A stretch of 64,000 bases of DNA from NCBI GenBank assembly GCA_900543815.1, contig UQST01000005.1:54908-118907 (forward strand), written 5' to 3'. Position numbers and translations under genes: made by a program. The notes under the pieces were generated by a model, which was not told where the DNA came from, did no database searches, and saw only the letters and a program-made list of their open reading frames with translations. Within the stretch, counting starts at the first letter, position 1. Every line of letters starts with the position of its first letter. Positions 1 to 10,024 of this stretch are shown here, one piece after another. The stretch comes from an uncultured Prevotellaceae bacterium (GTDB lineage Bacteria; Bacteroidota; Bacteroidia; Bacteroidales; Bacteroidaceae).

Positions 1-110
1 TTTGTGCCCATGTCGTTGAACGTGCGGTATTCACCGTACGACCACATTCCGCCCACAGCGGCTATGCATGCCATTATTGCCCACAGGGTAGCTTCGGTTC
101 TTTTCTTCAT
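1..110 (-). CDS. Start of a minus-strand gene running off the window edge (ATG at 110; MKKRTEATLWAIMACIAAVGGMWSYGEY...); hydrophobic N-terminus, likely small membrane protein or signal peptide
   Basis: Manual translation of the minus strand from 110 downward; the ORF is open to position 1; not in the ORF track because it is truncated. Confidence 0.3.
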   Translation of the reverse strand, partial: MKKRTEATLWAIMACIAAVGGMWSYGEYRTFNDMGT

Positions 111-361
111 TGTGTTGTCTTTATCGTTTCCTTGTCCTCTGTCTTCGCCTTGTCTGCAAGCTTTTGGCCAATGCTTTTGAGCTGTTTGCGCGGCTTGGAT
201 GTGGCTTATATACTTTCGGTTTGTAAAGGTAAGGCATTTGGCTGGTTCCCACAAGTCTTTTGGCTTTTTTCCCTCCCGGAACGGCGTTTTTTGTGCTTCG
301 AAGCGGACTTGGATGGTTTTTTGAGTCAAATGATGTGTACGTTGGAGCTTTCTGTCCCACA

Positions 362-450
362 AAGCGCACTGCGCTGCGAAGCCTGATGCAGCGTGCTGCG
401 ATGGCCGTTGCAATGCGCTGCGGAGACTGGTGCAGCGCACTGCGTCATCC
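362..450. repeat. Dispersed GC-rich palindromic repeat, copy A (built from GCAGCGYRCTGCG hairpin modules)
   Basis: aagcgcactgcgctgcgaagcctgatgcagcgtgctgcgatggccgttgcaatgcgctgcggagactggtgcagcgcactgcgtcatcc; shares blocks with copies at 37602-37676 (same orientation) and 49176-49255 (inverted). Confidence 0.6.
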
Positions 451-616
451 ACTCCTTATGCCGCTCGGAAGGGCTGCCGGCCGGCTTCTGTGCGGCTTTT
501 CCCAGGCTTCTTCTTTGCTTCCTGCGGGCTTGGGCGGGCTGCAAAAGGTGCTGGGTGCCGCCTGCTGGTGGTTTGCGAGGCGGGAGCTTGTGTAGTGCGA
601 GGTCAGAAAACATCAA

Positions 617-650
617 GCGGGAAGGCTGTCGTGACGGCATTCCTTCCCGC
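617..650 (-). terminator. Candidate intrinsic terminator downstream of nrdG
   Basis: Stem GGGAAGG/CCTTCCC (7 bp, 16-nt loop); on the minus strand a U-rich run (cuugauguuuucug) follows; about 55 bp downstream of the nrdG stop. Confidence 0.35.
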
Positions 651-705
651 TTGTTGCTTTATCTTGTCTGGCTTGCATGCTTGTGCACCAGGCGTTTCGG
701 CTGGT

Positions 706-1212
706 CTATAAGTCCCAGCAAGGTCTCTCCCAATGCACGGGTTCGCCTTTGAGGGCGCTCTCGCGTGCCATCAGAATGCGCTGGTTGGTGCTTCCCCTGA
801 ACAGAGCCTCCTCGCTGCGCTTGCTTGCTATGAAGGGTCCATCCACCAGCACATCTATATTGCAGAGCAGTTCCCTGCTGCTCCCGTCTCTGAGTAACTG
901 CTCCAGAGTGAATCCCGTATAGCACCAGATGGTCTTCTCTGACCGGCTCTTGATGAGTTTGGCCAGTTCTGCGAAGGCTTCGGCTTGGTAGAAGGGATCT
1001 CCCCCGGTGAAGGTGACATCGGCAAAGGGGTCGGCCAATATCTCCTCCAGAAGTTCCTCCGTGGTGGTGTCTGTGCCGCTGCCGAATGCCCACGACTGTG
1101 GGTTGTGGCATTGCGGACACTCGTGGCGGCAGCCTGCACAGTAGATGCTCGTGCGCAGGCCGGGGCCATCCACGGTGGTATCATGCAGTACCTTCAGAAC
1201 ATTAATTGTCAT
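706..1212 (-). CDS. nrdG: Anaerobic ribonucleoside-triphosphate reductase activating protein (radical SAM)
   Basis: 168 aa; CxxxCxxC-like cluster CAGCRHECPQC near the N-terminus; directly downstream of nrdD and overlapping it by 11 nt, typical nrdDG coupling. Confidence 0.85.
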   Translation of the reverse strand: MTINVLKVLHDTTVDGPGLRTSIYCAGCRHECPQCHNPQSWAFGSGTDTTTEELLEEILADPFADVTFTGGDPFYQAEAFAELAKLIKSRSEKTIWCYTGFTLEQLLRDGSSRELLCNIDVLVDGPFIASKRSEEALFRGSTNQRILMARESALKGEPVHWERPCWDL

Positions 1213-3412
1213 GTATCACGCGGTCATTCAGTTCAGACAACTTCGCCTTGTTCCATCTGTCGGTGGTTCCCACCAGGTAGCCGGTGATGCGCTGCAGTCT
1301 GTCTATGTTGGTGCTGCCGCACTTCGGGCACACTTCCAGATGCTTGTCGGCATTCTCGTAGCCGCAGTCCATGCAACGGTTGCGGGTGTGGTTGACACTT
1401 CCGTAGCCGATGTTGTACTTGTCCATCATATCTACGATGCGCATTACAGCCTCGGGGTTGTGGGTTGCATCGCCGTCTATCTCCACGTAGAAGATGTGTC
1501 CGCCGCGTGTGAGATCGTGGTAGGGAGCCTCCACCTGTGCCTTGTGCAGGGCTGTGCAGTGGTAATATACGGGTACGTGGTTGCTGTTGGTATAGTACTC
1601 GCGGTCGGTAATGCCGGGCAGCGAACCGAACTTCTTGCGGTCGTTCTTGGTGAATCGGCCCGAGAGTCCCTCGGCTGGTGTGCCCAGTATGCTGTAGTTG
1701 TGCTGGTACTGCTCGCTGTATTCGTTGGCTCTGTCACGCATGTAGGTGACAATCTTCAGACCCAGTTTCTGGGCTTTCTCGCTCTCTCCGTGGTGCTTGC
1801 CAACCAGTGCCACCAGACATTCTGCCAGTCCGATGAAGCCGATGCCAAGTGTTCCCTGGTTGATGACAGAGGCGATGGTGTCGTTGGGCTTCAGGTTCTC
1901 GCTGCCCAGCCAGAGACCCTTCATGAGCAGGGGGAACTGCTTGGCGAAGGCTGTCTTCTGGAATTCGAAGCGGTCGTGAAGCTGCTGTGCGGTGATCTGC
2001 AGCAGGTTGTCGAGCTTGGCAAAGAAGGCGTCGATGCGCTCCTCTTCGTTCTCTATGCCCATGCACTCGATGGCCAGCTTGACGATGTTGATGGTACTGA
2101 AGCTCAGGTTGCCGCGTCCGATGCTCGTCTTCGGGCCGAAGCGGTTCTCGAACACACGTGTACGGCAGCCCATCGTAGCGCACTCCCACTTGAATCGCTC
2201 CGGGTCGTCGGCCTTCCAGTTCTCGTTTTGGTTGAAGGGCGTATCCAGGTTGATGAAGTTGGGGAAGAAACGTCGTGCCGTCACCTTGCACGCATACTGG
2301 TACAGGTCATAGTTCCTGTCGGTGGGCAGATAGCTGATGCCGCGCTTCTTCTTCCATATCTGTATGGGGAAGATGGCTGTTTCGCCGTTGCCCACACCCT
2401 CGTAGGTGCTCTTGAGGATCTCTCTGATGACGCATCGTCCCTCGGCACTGGTGTCCGTTCCATAGTTGATGCTGCTGAACACCACCTGGTTTCCGCCGCG
2501 GCTGTGTATGGTGTTCATGTTGTGGATGAATGCCTCCATTGCCTGGTGCACCCGGCCTACGGTCTTGTTGATGGCGTGCTGCTTGATGCGCTCACGTCCC
2601 TCAAATCCGGCCAGAGGTATGTTGAGGTAGTCGTCGATGGGTGCATTGTAGAGTTCGCTATAGTCTTCGGCGTTGAGGTCTTCCAGCACCTTCACCTCTT
2701 CTATATATGATGCGCGCACGAAGGGGGCCAGATAGAAGTCGAAGGCAGGAATGGCCTGACCGCCGTGCATCTCGTTCTGCACGGTCTCCATGCTGATACA
2801 TCCCAGTATGCTGGCCGTCTCTATGCGCTTGGCAGGACGGCTCTCTCCGTGTCCGGCCTGGAATCCGTACTTCAGGATACGGTCAAGCGGGTGCTGTATG
2901 CAGGTGAGTGACTTGGTGGGGTAGTAGTCCTTGTCGTGGATGTGCAGATAGTTGTTCTTCACAGCGTCACGTGCATCTTCGCTCAGCAGATAGTCATCCA
3001 CAAAGGGTTTTGTGGTCTCGCTGGCGAACTTCATCATCATTCCTGCGGGCGTGTCGGCGTTCATGTTGGCGTTCTCACGCGTCACGTCATTGTTCTTGAT
3101 GTTGATTATCTCCAGGAAGATGTCGGTGGTCTTTGCCTTACGCGCTACGCTTCGTGCGTTGCGGTACTTGATATAGGCTTTCGCCACATCCTTTCGCGAA
3201 CTCTTCATCAGTTCGTTCTCCACCATGTCTTGGATAGCCTCCACGGTCATCTGAGGCTTTCCCTTCATGGATATCCTGTCGGCTATCTGGCCTATCAGAG
3301 CCTCGTCCTCACCCTCTTCGGTGGCGAGCATAGCCTTGCGGATAGCAGCAGCTATCTTCTGTTCGTTGAATCCAACGATGCGTCCATCTCTCTTCTTAAC
3401 GGTCTGTATCAT
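1202..3412 (-). CDS. nrdD: Anaerobic ribonucleoside-triphosphate reductase, class III
   Basis: Track ORF 1202..3613; I place the real start at the internal ATG at 3412 (MIQTVKKRDGRIVGFNEQKI..., ATP-cone-like N-terminus); C-terminal Zn ribbon CMDCGYENADKHLEVCPKCG and glycyl-radical motif RITGYLVG. Confidence 0.9.
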   Translation of the reverse strand: MIQTVKKRDGRIVGFNEQKIAAAIRKAMLATEEGEDEALIGQIADRISMKGKPQMTVEAIQDMVENELMKSSRKDVAKAYIKYRNARSVARKAKTTDIFLEIINIKNNDVTRENANMNADTPAGMMMKFASETTKPFVDDYLLSEDARDAVKNNYLHIHDKDYYPTKSLTCIQHPLDRILKYGFQAGHGESRPAKRIETASILGCISMETVQNEMHGGQAIPAFDFYLAPFVRASYIEEVKVLEDLNAEDYSELYNAPIDDYLNIPLAGFEGRERIKQHAINKTVGRVHQAMEAFIHNMNTIHSRGGNQVVFSSINYGTDTSAEGRCVIREILKSTYEGVGNGETAIFPIQIWKKKRGISYLPTDRNYDLYQYACKVTARRFFPNFINLDTPFNQNENWKADDPERFKWECATMGCRTRVFENRFGPKTSIGRGNLSFSTINIVKLAIECMGIENEEERIDAFFAKLDNLLQITAQQLHDRFEFQKTAFAKQFPLLMKGLWLGSENLKPNDTIASVINQGTLGIGFIGLAECLVALVGKHHGESEKAQKLGLKIVTYMRDRANEYSEQYQHNYSILGTPAEGLSGRFTKNDRKKFGSLPGITDREYYTNSNHVPVYYHCTALHKAQVEAPYHDLTRGGHIFYVEIDGDATHNPEAVMRIVDMMDKYNIGYGSVNHTRNRCMDCGYENADKHLEVCPKCGSTNIDRLQRITGYLVGTTDRWNKAKLSELNDRVIHDN

Positions 3413-3588
3413 TGTCGGTATTATTGTGGTAAATGTTTTACTTCTGTTCGCAGGCTCGCTGTTTCCTCTCGGGCGGTATGCTGGCATCCCAGCATCATTG
3501 CACTGGCATGTTGGTGTCAGCGTGTTGTAATTCCCATGGCAATGTGCTTGTATCTCTCTGGCTGTGTGCTGGAGTTCTTCTGGCAGTA

Positions 3589-3640
3589 TGCTGAAAAGAA
3601 ATTGCGAGGCCATTTCCTCTTGTGGAATGACCTCGCAAAG
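3589..3640 (-). terminator. Candidate intrinsic terminator on the minus strand between the GH31 gene and nrdD
   Basis: Inverted repeat TTGCGAGG...CCTCGCAA (8-bp stem); on the minus strand it is followed by UUUCUUUUC. Confidence 0.4.
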
Positions 3641-3830
3641 TTATGTAATCGGTTGCATATACGCAACGATTCTGCGGATTAAATTGCCTATTTTGGAATA
3701 TTTTTCTTGCTCGTGTAGCGTAAAGTTTTCCGTTTCTCAATATAATGTACTGATATTCAGCATTACTTTAACTTCACTTAAAGAAAAAGTTTTCCAAAAC
3801 GTATCTCTGTGTTTCTGAAGCGGTGTAATA

Positions 3831-6800
3831 TCAGAAGGTTAGCGCCTTGTTATACCTGCTTACCAGCATTCCATCGGTCATCTGGCCGCTCCACTTCATG
3901 CTTCGACGTGCCTTGAAGGTGATGCGCATGAGTTCCACATCGCCTTCGATGAGGTTCTGCATACCCAGGTTGACGAATGTGGGGTAGAGTGCCTTCTGTC
4001 CGTTGGTGTGCAGGCGGTCGTAGGTCATGTTGTACATCTCCTTCACGGCCAGTGCTTCCACACCCTGGTACTCCATCTCGGTGGCGTCATAAGGCAGGCA
4101 CATGCTCAGAGCGTTCACGTTCTGCAGGCCTTTTCCCTTGACTGTCAGCGTCACTGTCTCGCCGGCAGCATACTGCTTCTTGTCGGCTTCTACAGTCACC
4201 GAACCCTTCAGTTCGCCCTTCTGCTCGCCCCAGATTCCGCCTTCAAGCTCAGTTGCCACAGCGCTGATATCGTAGGCATCGATGAGTCCGTTGTTGTTGA
4301 GGTCGCCCTTGCTGATATATCCGGCAAAGTCGCCATCGCCCTGGCGCAGGCCGGTATAGTTCATATAGCTGGTCAGGTCATTCTCGTCTATCTTGCCGTC
4401 CTGGTTGATGTCGCCGGGGATGTACCATGGTGTGTTGGGCTGGCGGAATACGTATATCTGTACGCCGCTGCCGTAGTTGCCGGTGGCTGCAGATACGTGC
4501 AGGCGAACGTAGCGCCAAGCCTTGTCGGCATGCTTGAGCAGGTCGAAGTTCTTCTCCTCGCCGTTGCGCTCCCAGTTGAATGTACCTGCTTCGGTCCAGT
4601 TCTCGCCGTCCTGGCTCAGACTCACGCTACCCTGAAGCAGAGTGCCGTTGCCTGCATCGGTACGTGGAATATAGCGCAGGCTCTCCAGATGGCTCATGCT
4701 GCGGGTGTCGATGGTGAGGTCGAAGGGAACAGCCTGCTGGCTCCATGCGGTGTGCCAAACACTTCCCTCGTCGAAGTCGAACAGGTGATCCACCTTCTGA
4801 CCGGGCTGGTTGGGACAGGTGGTGCTGCCTCTCATGCCGCGGATGGCATACTTGAGGGGATCTTCGGTGGTGGTGGCATAGATGTCGGTCCAGTCTGAAA
4901 CGCCATCGGCATTCACCGCTCTCACCTTTATCTCGTAGTCACCCTTGGGCTGCAGGCCGTCTATCGTGTAGCGTGTCTGCTGTATGGTGGAGTAGAGCTG
5001 GCCTTCAAACTGCAGCTCGTAGTAGTCTGCCCCCTGCACGGCATCCCATGAGGGAGTGAGCGTGTAGGCCTGCAGATCCTCGTCGGCTATGCGGCAAACG
5101 GGCTTCTGCAGCTGGCCTTCGGTCTTGAGCAGATGGTTGGTGGTGTCGATGGTAGCCTGTGTGAGCAGGGTCACAGCATTCTGTGTCACATCGGTCTTGG
5201 CGATGTTGACCATCAGCGCAGGCACCTTGCGGTAGGCATCCTCGCTGGTTCCGTAGTAATATGAGTTGGCAGTCTGCTTCCATGTGGCGTAGTCCTCCAC
5301 GCGGATCAGCTGCTGCTTGCGGTTGCCCACCTTCACAGTCACCTTCTTGGGTTCCTGCTGGCAGTAGATGCGCAGCTGTGTGCTCTTCTCGGCGGTGAAG
5401 CCTTCGTAGTGGCCGGTAGTCTTCTCGATGGTCACGGTGAGCATACCCTTCTTGTCGCTCTGCTGCTTGATGGCGGTGTGGGTAGCCTGCCCGTTGAGGT
5501 AGGCATCCGTGCGTCCGTCGTCGTCGTATTCGGTAAACGAGTGTTCGCCCAGTGTGGGATAGATGTCGTAGCAGCGCAGCGAGTAGTCTATCTCGGCAGG
5601 TGTGTTGGTGGCTTTGTGTGTGGGTATGATGGCACCCAGGCGTACCAGCACGGGCAGTTTCCACAGGGGTGCTGGGAAGTCGTTGATGATGCGTCCGCCC
5701 TGATAAACCTCTCCTGTGAAGTAGTCCATCCACTGACCCTGGGGCAGATAGATGCCGTCGCGCACATCGTCGCCGTTTTCCTTCGCGCGCGTTTCCTTAT
5801 ATATAGGTGCCACCAGAATGCTGGGACCGTAGAGGAACTGGTAGTCGGCACGCTTGCTGCGTGTGTAGTCGTTCTCCTCGTCCAGCATCATAGCACGCAT
5901 CATGGGCTTGCCATCCACAGACTCGCGGGCTATGCTGTAGGCATAAGGCAGCAGCCGGCTCTTGAGCTTCAGGTAGTAGCGGTTGATGCTTGCAGCTGGT
6001 TCGCCCAGCGCTTGCGGGTACTTGGGGTTGCTGCCCCAGCCGTCCATGTTGAGCTGCATGGGTGTGAAGGCCTTCCACTGGAAATCGCGCACGTTGACAG
6101 GCACGTTCTTTCCACCGAAGATGCCGTCCATATCGCTGGTGATATTGGGCTGGCCCGACAGTCCGCTGCCGATATAGGTGGGGATGTGGAAACGTATGTA
6201 CTCCCACTGGCCGCCGGTCTGGTCGCCTGTCCAGATGGTGGCGTAGCGCTGTGTGCCGGCCCAACCGTCCAGACTGATGATGAAGGGACGTGCCTGGGCA
6301 CCGTAGTAAGGCATCACCTGAGCCACGTCAGCCACACCGTTGAGGCCGAAACTGTAGCCGGCTCCCACCCATGCTACGTCGGTCTTCAGCACTCTCACGC
6401 CGGCATCGCGTACCTCTCCCACGATGTCTCTCTGCAGCAGAGCCTCCACTCCCTCCTTGGGATGCAGGTCGCTCTGAGTCCACAGTCCTATCTCCACACC
6501 ACGCTTGCGGGCGTAGTCGCCAAACTCTTTCAGGTTCTGTATATTGCCCTTCAGAGTCTCTGTCTGTCCGTATCCGGCTCCGTAGCCATCGTTGGGCAGG
6601 AACCATCCCAGGGGGAAGTCATTGTCCAGATAGCGGTCAATGGCTGCGCGGGCACTGAACTGGTAGTTGTTCTTCTCGCCGTTGAGGCTCTCCTTGATGC
6701 CGCCGTTGTCCTTCTGGCTCTCGTTGTATTGCTTGCCGTCCTCATAGGTCATGAATCCGTTCTTGCCTGCTTCGGCCTCCTTCCAGTAGTCGCGGTTGTA

Positions 6801-7562
6801 GGCGTTCAGATGGCCTTCGTAGAAACCGAACTTGGGCAGAAGCACGGGGTTGCCGGTCAGCTGGTAGAAGTCGTTGAGCAAGGCCACAGCGCCGTTATCC
6901 ACCATCACGAAGAGGTCCAGATACTTCGTCTCATGGCTCAGTCGGGTTTCTCCGGCTTCCGACTTGCCAAAGTCGTAGGTGCCGGGTGCAAACGTGTGCC
7001 ACATGATGCCGTAGCCTCGTGTGCTCCAGTAGAATGGTGTGGGGCTGGCAACGCCTCCATCCACCCAGTTGTTGGTGTTGCGGATGTCGATGGACTGTCC
7101 TTTGTGGCTGAAGCGTCCGTTCTGCACGCCGCCTCCATAGAACCAGTCGTTCGCACTCTGCTCGAATGTGAGCGTCACGTTGCTGCGTCCGAAGTCGGTG
7201 GCTGCAGTCTGCTTCACCACCTCCTGTCCGTTGCGCTTCACGCATATTTCGCCCTGCTTGCCCAGGGTAACCTGCAAGTCGCCCACGCTGATGGTGTTAC
7301 CCTCCACCTTGAGGCCTTCCACCTGGCGGCGGGGATTATCTACCAGTATCTGTGCTGGCGGGTTGGCTTTGGGGTCGCGGATGATTCCTCCCTGTGGGTC
7401 TTGGAACAGACGGAAGATGTGAGGTCCGTAGAAATCGACGTAGAGCGACTGCCCGTTGTCGAGTGTAGCCTGCACGGTGGTTGCGTTCATCCGTGTGAGC
7501 TTCTGTGCTCCTGCCGTCATGGTGATGGCCAGAAGCAGTACCGATGTTAAGGTTTTCTTCAT
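3831..7562 (-). CDS. Secreted multidomain glycoside hydrolase, GH31-like catalytic core, with F5/8 type C (discoidin) domain, dockerin-like Ca-binding repeats and a C-terminal beta-sandwich domain
   Basis: Track ORF 3831..7919 begins at GTG; the likely real start is the internal ATG near 7562 (MKKTLTSVLLLAITMTAGAQ signal peptide). GH31-like motifs: KTDVAW (nucleophile region) and WTGDQTG (acid/base region). Tandem dockerin-like repeats GDINQDGKIDENDL and GDLNNNGLIDAYD. Confidence 0.65.
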   Translation of the reverse strand: MKKTLTSVLLLAITMTAGAQKLTRMNATTVQATLDNGQSLYVDFYGPHIFRLFQDPQGGIIRDPKANPPAQILVDNPRRQVEGLKVEGNTISVGDLQVTLGKQGEICVKRNGQEVVKQTAATDFGRSNVTLTFEQSANDWFYGGGVQNGRFSHKGQSIDIRNTNNWVDGGVASPTPFYWSTRGYGIMWHTFAPGTYDFGKSEAGETRLSHETKYLDLFVMVDNGAVALLNDFYQLTGNPVLLPKFGFYEGHLNAYNRDYWKEAEAGKNGFMTYEDGKQYNESQKDNGGIKESLNGEKNNYQFSARAAIDRYLDNDFPLGWFLPNDGYGAGYGQTETLKGNIQNLKEFGDYARKRGVEIGLWTQSDLHPKEGVEALLQRDIVGEVRDAGVRVLKTDVAWVGAGYSFGLNGVADVAQVMPYYGAQARPFIISLDGWAGTQRYATIWTGDQTGGQWEYIRFHIPTYIGSGLSGQPNITSDMDGIFGGKNVPVNVRDFQWKAFTPMQLNMDGWGSNPKYPQALGEPAASINRYYLKLKSRLLPYAYSIARESVDGKPMMRAMMLDEENDYTRSKRADYQFLYGPSILVAPIYKETRAKENGDDVRDGIYLPQGQWMDYFTGEVYQGGRIINDFPAPLWKLPVLVRLGAIIPTHKATNTPAEIDYSLRCYDIYPTLGEHSFTEYDDDGRTDAYLNGQATHTAIKQQSDKKGMLTVTIEKTTGHYEGFTAEKSTQLRIYCQQEPKKVTVKVGNRKQQLIRVEDYATWKQTANSYYYGTSEDAYRKVPALMVNIAKTDVTQNAVTLLTQATIDTTNHLLKTEGQLQKPVCRIADEDLQAYTLTPSWDAVQGADYYELQFEGQLYSTIQQTRYTIDGLQPKGDYEIKVRAVNADGVSDWTDIYATTTEDPLKYAIRGMRGSTTCPNQPGQKVDHLFDFDEGSVWHTAWSQQAVPFDLTIDTRSMSHLESLRYIPRTDAGNGTLLQGSVSLSQDGENWTEAGTFNWERNGEEKNFDLLKHADKAWRYVRLHVSAATGNYGSGVQIYVFRQPNTPWYIPGDINQDGKIDENDLTSYMNYTGLRQGDGDFAGYISKGDLNNNGLIDAYDISAVATELEGGIWGEQKGELKGSVTVEADKKQYAAGETVTLTVKGKGLQNVNALSMCLPYDATEMEYQGVEALAVKEMYNMTYDRLHTNGQKALYPTFVNLGMQNLIEGDVELMRITFKARRSMKWSGQMTDGMLVSRYNKALTF

Positions 7563-7964
7563 TTTGTGGATGTGAAAGTCCGCTTTCGGGCGCAGTGAGG
7601 TGGTCTCCGCACGCCCGCGCGTTACCATTTTTTTATTTAGGGTTTCTTCTGGCTGCAAATATACGACATTTCTCTCAAGTGCGAAATGCTTTTTGCCGGG
7701 CAAGCGCCACCTGCCTGCATCCTTTTCCCCAATTTGCCCCGATTTCTCCCGTCTTCGGCCTTTGCCGGACTGCGAATCGGCTGCTTCAGTTGGGAATTTG
7801 TTTTTTCTTAGTTGGAAAAATATTTTGAGGCACTTCGGGAGACGGCTTCTTTCGGCGGATGGAATCCGCTCTTGGGGCGTGAAGAACCCTTTCGGGAGAC
7901 TCCTGAAGCAGTATGGCACTCATTCAAAAGCATTTCTGAGGGCCGTAGTGAGCCTTTTTCCTCT

Positions 7965-8141
7965 GCCCAAGAAAGGCTTTTCGCGCTTGGCAGAAAGGCG
8001 TTTCATCTTTGGCTTAAAGTCATTTTGCGTTTGGCGGAAAGTCGTTGTGTCTTTTGCCGAAAGTCCGTTCGCGTTCCGTCGAAAGCCACTCCTACTTGCC
8101 CGGAAACCCTTTTTCTCGAGCAAGAAAAACCGAAGCGGGGC
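7965..8141. repeat. Degenerate tandem repeat, about 22 bp x 8, core TTGGC-GAAAG-C-TT, in a 675-bp divergent intergenic region
   Basis: Units read directly: tgcccaagaaaggcttttcgcgc / ttggcagaaaggcgtttcatc / tttggcttaaagtcattttgcg / tttggcggaaagtcgttgtgtc / ttttgccgaaagtccgttcgcg / ttccgtcgaaagccactcctac / ttgcccggaaaccctttttctcg / agcaagaaaaaccgaagcgggg. Confidence 0.55.
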
Positions 8142-8238
8142 AAATGAAATGCATTTCATGGGTGGCATTCCAGACTTTATGCTTAACTTTGCAGGGTAAT
8201 TTGCGTTTTTCAGAAATAGAATAAAATACACCAAGGAT

Positions 8239-9117
8239 ATGAGCAAGAAACAAACCATCATGCTGTCGGTAGCTGTGGCAGCTGTACTTGTAGCGGTAAT
8301 CGTATTTCTCGGCTTCCGCATGCACAAGCAGAATGAGAAGAACAAACAGATGCTTGAGCTGGCCGAGATGGACAAGCGCGAGATGGAGAACGAGTATGAG
8401 CAGTTTGCCATGCAGTACAATGAGATGAAGATGAAAATCAACAACGACTCACTGGTGGCACAACTGGATCAGGAGCAGCAGCGCACCGAGGAACTCCTCG
8501 AAGAGCTCAGGAGGGTGAAGAGCAGCAATGCTGCCGAGATCATGCGACTGAAGAAGGAGCTGGCCACACTGCGTAAGGTGTTGCGCAGCTACGTGCTGCA
8601 GATTGACTCCCTCAACCGCATGAACCAGGAACTGGCGCAGGAGAATAACAGCCTGAAGGACAAGAACCAGCAGGCCCAGCAGCATATCTCCAACCTCAGC
8701 AGCCAGAATGAGTCGCTCTCCGAGAAGGTGGAGATAGCCAGCCAGCTGGATGCAACAGGCATCCGCATCGAGGCACGCAACAAGAAGGGACGTGAAGCCA
8801 GAAAGGTGAAGGACGTGAAGAAGTTTGCCATCAGCTTCAACATCTCACGCAACGTGACCACCAGCACCGGACTGCGAAGCATCTATCTGCGCATCTCCAC
8901 ACCCATGGGCAGCGTGCTCACCTCGGGTGGCACCTTCCAGTATGAGAACCGCCAGCTGGAGTACAGCATACGCAAGGACATCGAATACACAGGTGAGGAG
9001 CAGAGTGTAACCGTATATTGGGACGTGAACGAGACACTCAGCACCGGCACCTACCGTGTTGACATCTTTGCCGACGGGCAGAACATCGGCACCGCCTCAT
9101 ACACTATCAACAAGTAG
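8239..9117 (+). CDS. Hypothetical membrane-anchored coiled-coil protein
   Basis: 292 aa; N-terminal TM helix ([20 protein letters not shown]); long Q/E/K-rich heptad-like region; C-terminal beta-rich domain; no recognisable catalytic motif. Confidence 0.6.
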   Translation: MSKKQTIMLSVAVAAVLVAVIVFLGFRMHKQNEKNKQMLELAEMDKREMENEYEQFAMQYNEMKMKINNDSLVAQLDQEQQRTEELLEELRRVKSSNAAEIMRLKKELATLRKVLRSYVLQIDSLNRMNQELAQENNSLKDKNQQAQQHISNLSSQNESLSEKVEIASQLDATGIRIEARNKKGREARKVKDVKKFAISFNISRNVTTSTGLRSIYLRISTPMGSVLTSGGTFQYENRQLEYSIRKDIEYTGEEQSVTVYWDVNETLSTGTYRVDIFADGQNIGTASYTINK

Positions 9118-9119
9118 GC

Positions 9120-9887
9120 ATGGGCAAGGGAAAGCTGGCTAAGTTTGCCGACATGGCAGCCAATCCGCTGGTGGTGGAGTGCCCATTTGCGGTTCTCCAG
9201 GCCGACGGGTTTGACCTGAAGGGGAAGTGGAACACCGACTTCTTCCACAACGACAAGCCCATCGTGCTCGAGTTGGGCTGCGGACGAGGCGAATACACGG
9301 TGGGGCTGGGACGGATGTTCCCCGACAAGAACTATATCGGAGTGGATATCAAGGGAGCACGCATGTGGACAGGAGCCCAGGAGGCAGTGGCTGCAGGCAT
9401 GCAGAATGTGGGCTTCCTGCGCACCAACATCGAGTTCATCGACCGCTTCTTTGCCCCTGGCGAGGTGAGCGAGGTGTGGCTCACCTTCTCTGACCCGCAG
9501 ATGAAGAAGGTGACCAAGCGCCTTACGGGCACCGCCTTTCTGCAGCGCTATCGCGCATTCATGCAGCAGGACGGACTGGTGCATCTCAAGACCGACAGCA
9601 ACTTCCTATATACATACACGCGCGAGATGCTTTCTGCCAACGGCATCCAGCCCATTGCCGAGACGCGCAATCTCTATGCCGAACCGGCCCAGGGGATGAT
9701 AGCAGTGGCACAGTCGATACAGACCTACTACGAGAGCATGTGGCGTGGCAGAGGCATCGACATCAAGTATCTGTGCTTCCACTTGCCGCTCGAGGGACAG
9801 CTGACAGAGCCTGACGTGGAGATTCCGCTCGATGAGTACCGCTCCTACAGCCGGCAGAAGCGCTCGAGTCTGGAGGTCAGCAAGTAG
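9120..9887 (+). CDS. trmB: tRNA (guanine46-N7)-methyltransferase
   Basis: 255 aa; SAM-binding [10 protein letters not shown] motif; overall TrmB-like layout. Confidence 0.8.
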   Translation: MGKGKLAKFADMAANPLVVECPFAVLQADGFDLKGKWNTDFFHNDKPIVLELGCGRGEYTVGLGRMFPDKNYIGVDIKGARMWTGAQEAVAAGMQNVGFLRTNIEFIDRFFAPGEVSEVWLTFSDPQMKKVTKRLTGTAFLQRYRAFMQQDGLVHLKTDSNFLYTYTREMLSANGIQPIAETRNLYAEPAQGMIAVAQSIQTYYESMWRGRGIDIKYLCFHLPLEGQLTEPDVEIPLDEYRSYSRQKRSSLEVSK

Positions 9888-10024
9888 GCGGGAGCACAGG
9901 AGAAGCAGGAACATGGAATTATGAATGGATTGGGAATCCGATGGGGGAGGGCAGATGCAGGCATCTTCGGTATGCCGCCGGGCCGACCCGCCATCCGTGG
10001 TTTCCAGTCTGAAAACAATAGCAG

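Noticed and set aside
3413-3613. Possible cobalamin riboswitch in the nrdDG leader (GCCAGTG resembles the B12 box GCCACUG; the hairpin TGCTGG-CATC-CCAGCA)
   Set aside because: I could not find the conserved GGGAA...GGUG...AAUCC core in the right order on the minus strand; the resemblance is limited to a 7-mer. Left unannotated; an Rfam scan would settle it.
1145-7550. Long antisense ORFs (1145..2710 + 521 aa; 5409..7550 + 713 aa; 4008..4898 +; 5005..5733 -)
   Set aside because: They lie entirely inside, and antisense or out of frame to, well-supported genes (nrdD, the GH31 gene). Their products are low-complexity, Ala/Val/Gly/His-rich, as expected from GC-rich antisense frames.
7600-8444. 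ORFs 7600..8199 +, 7812..8147 + (TTG start), 7920..8444 - in the GH31 upstream region
   Set aside because: Low-complexity translations of the 20-22-bp tandem repeats; there is no start-codon context or domain signal. The region is treated as non-coding repeat DNA.
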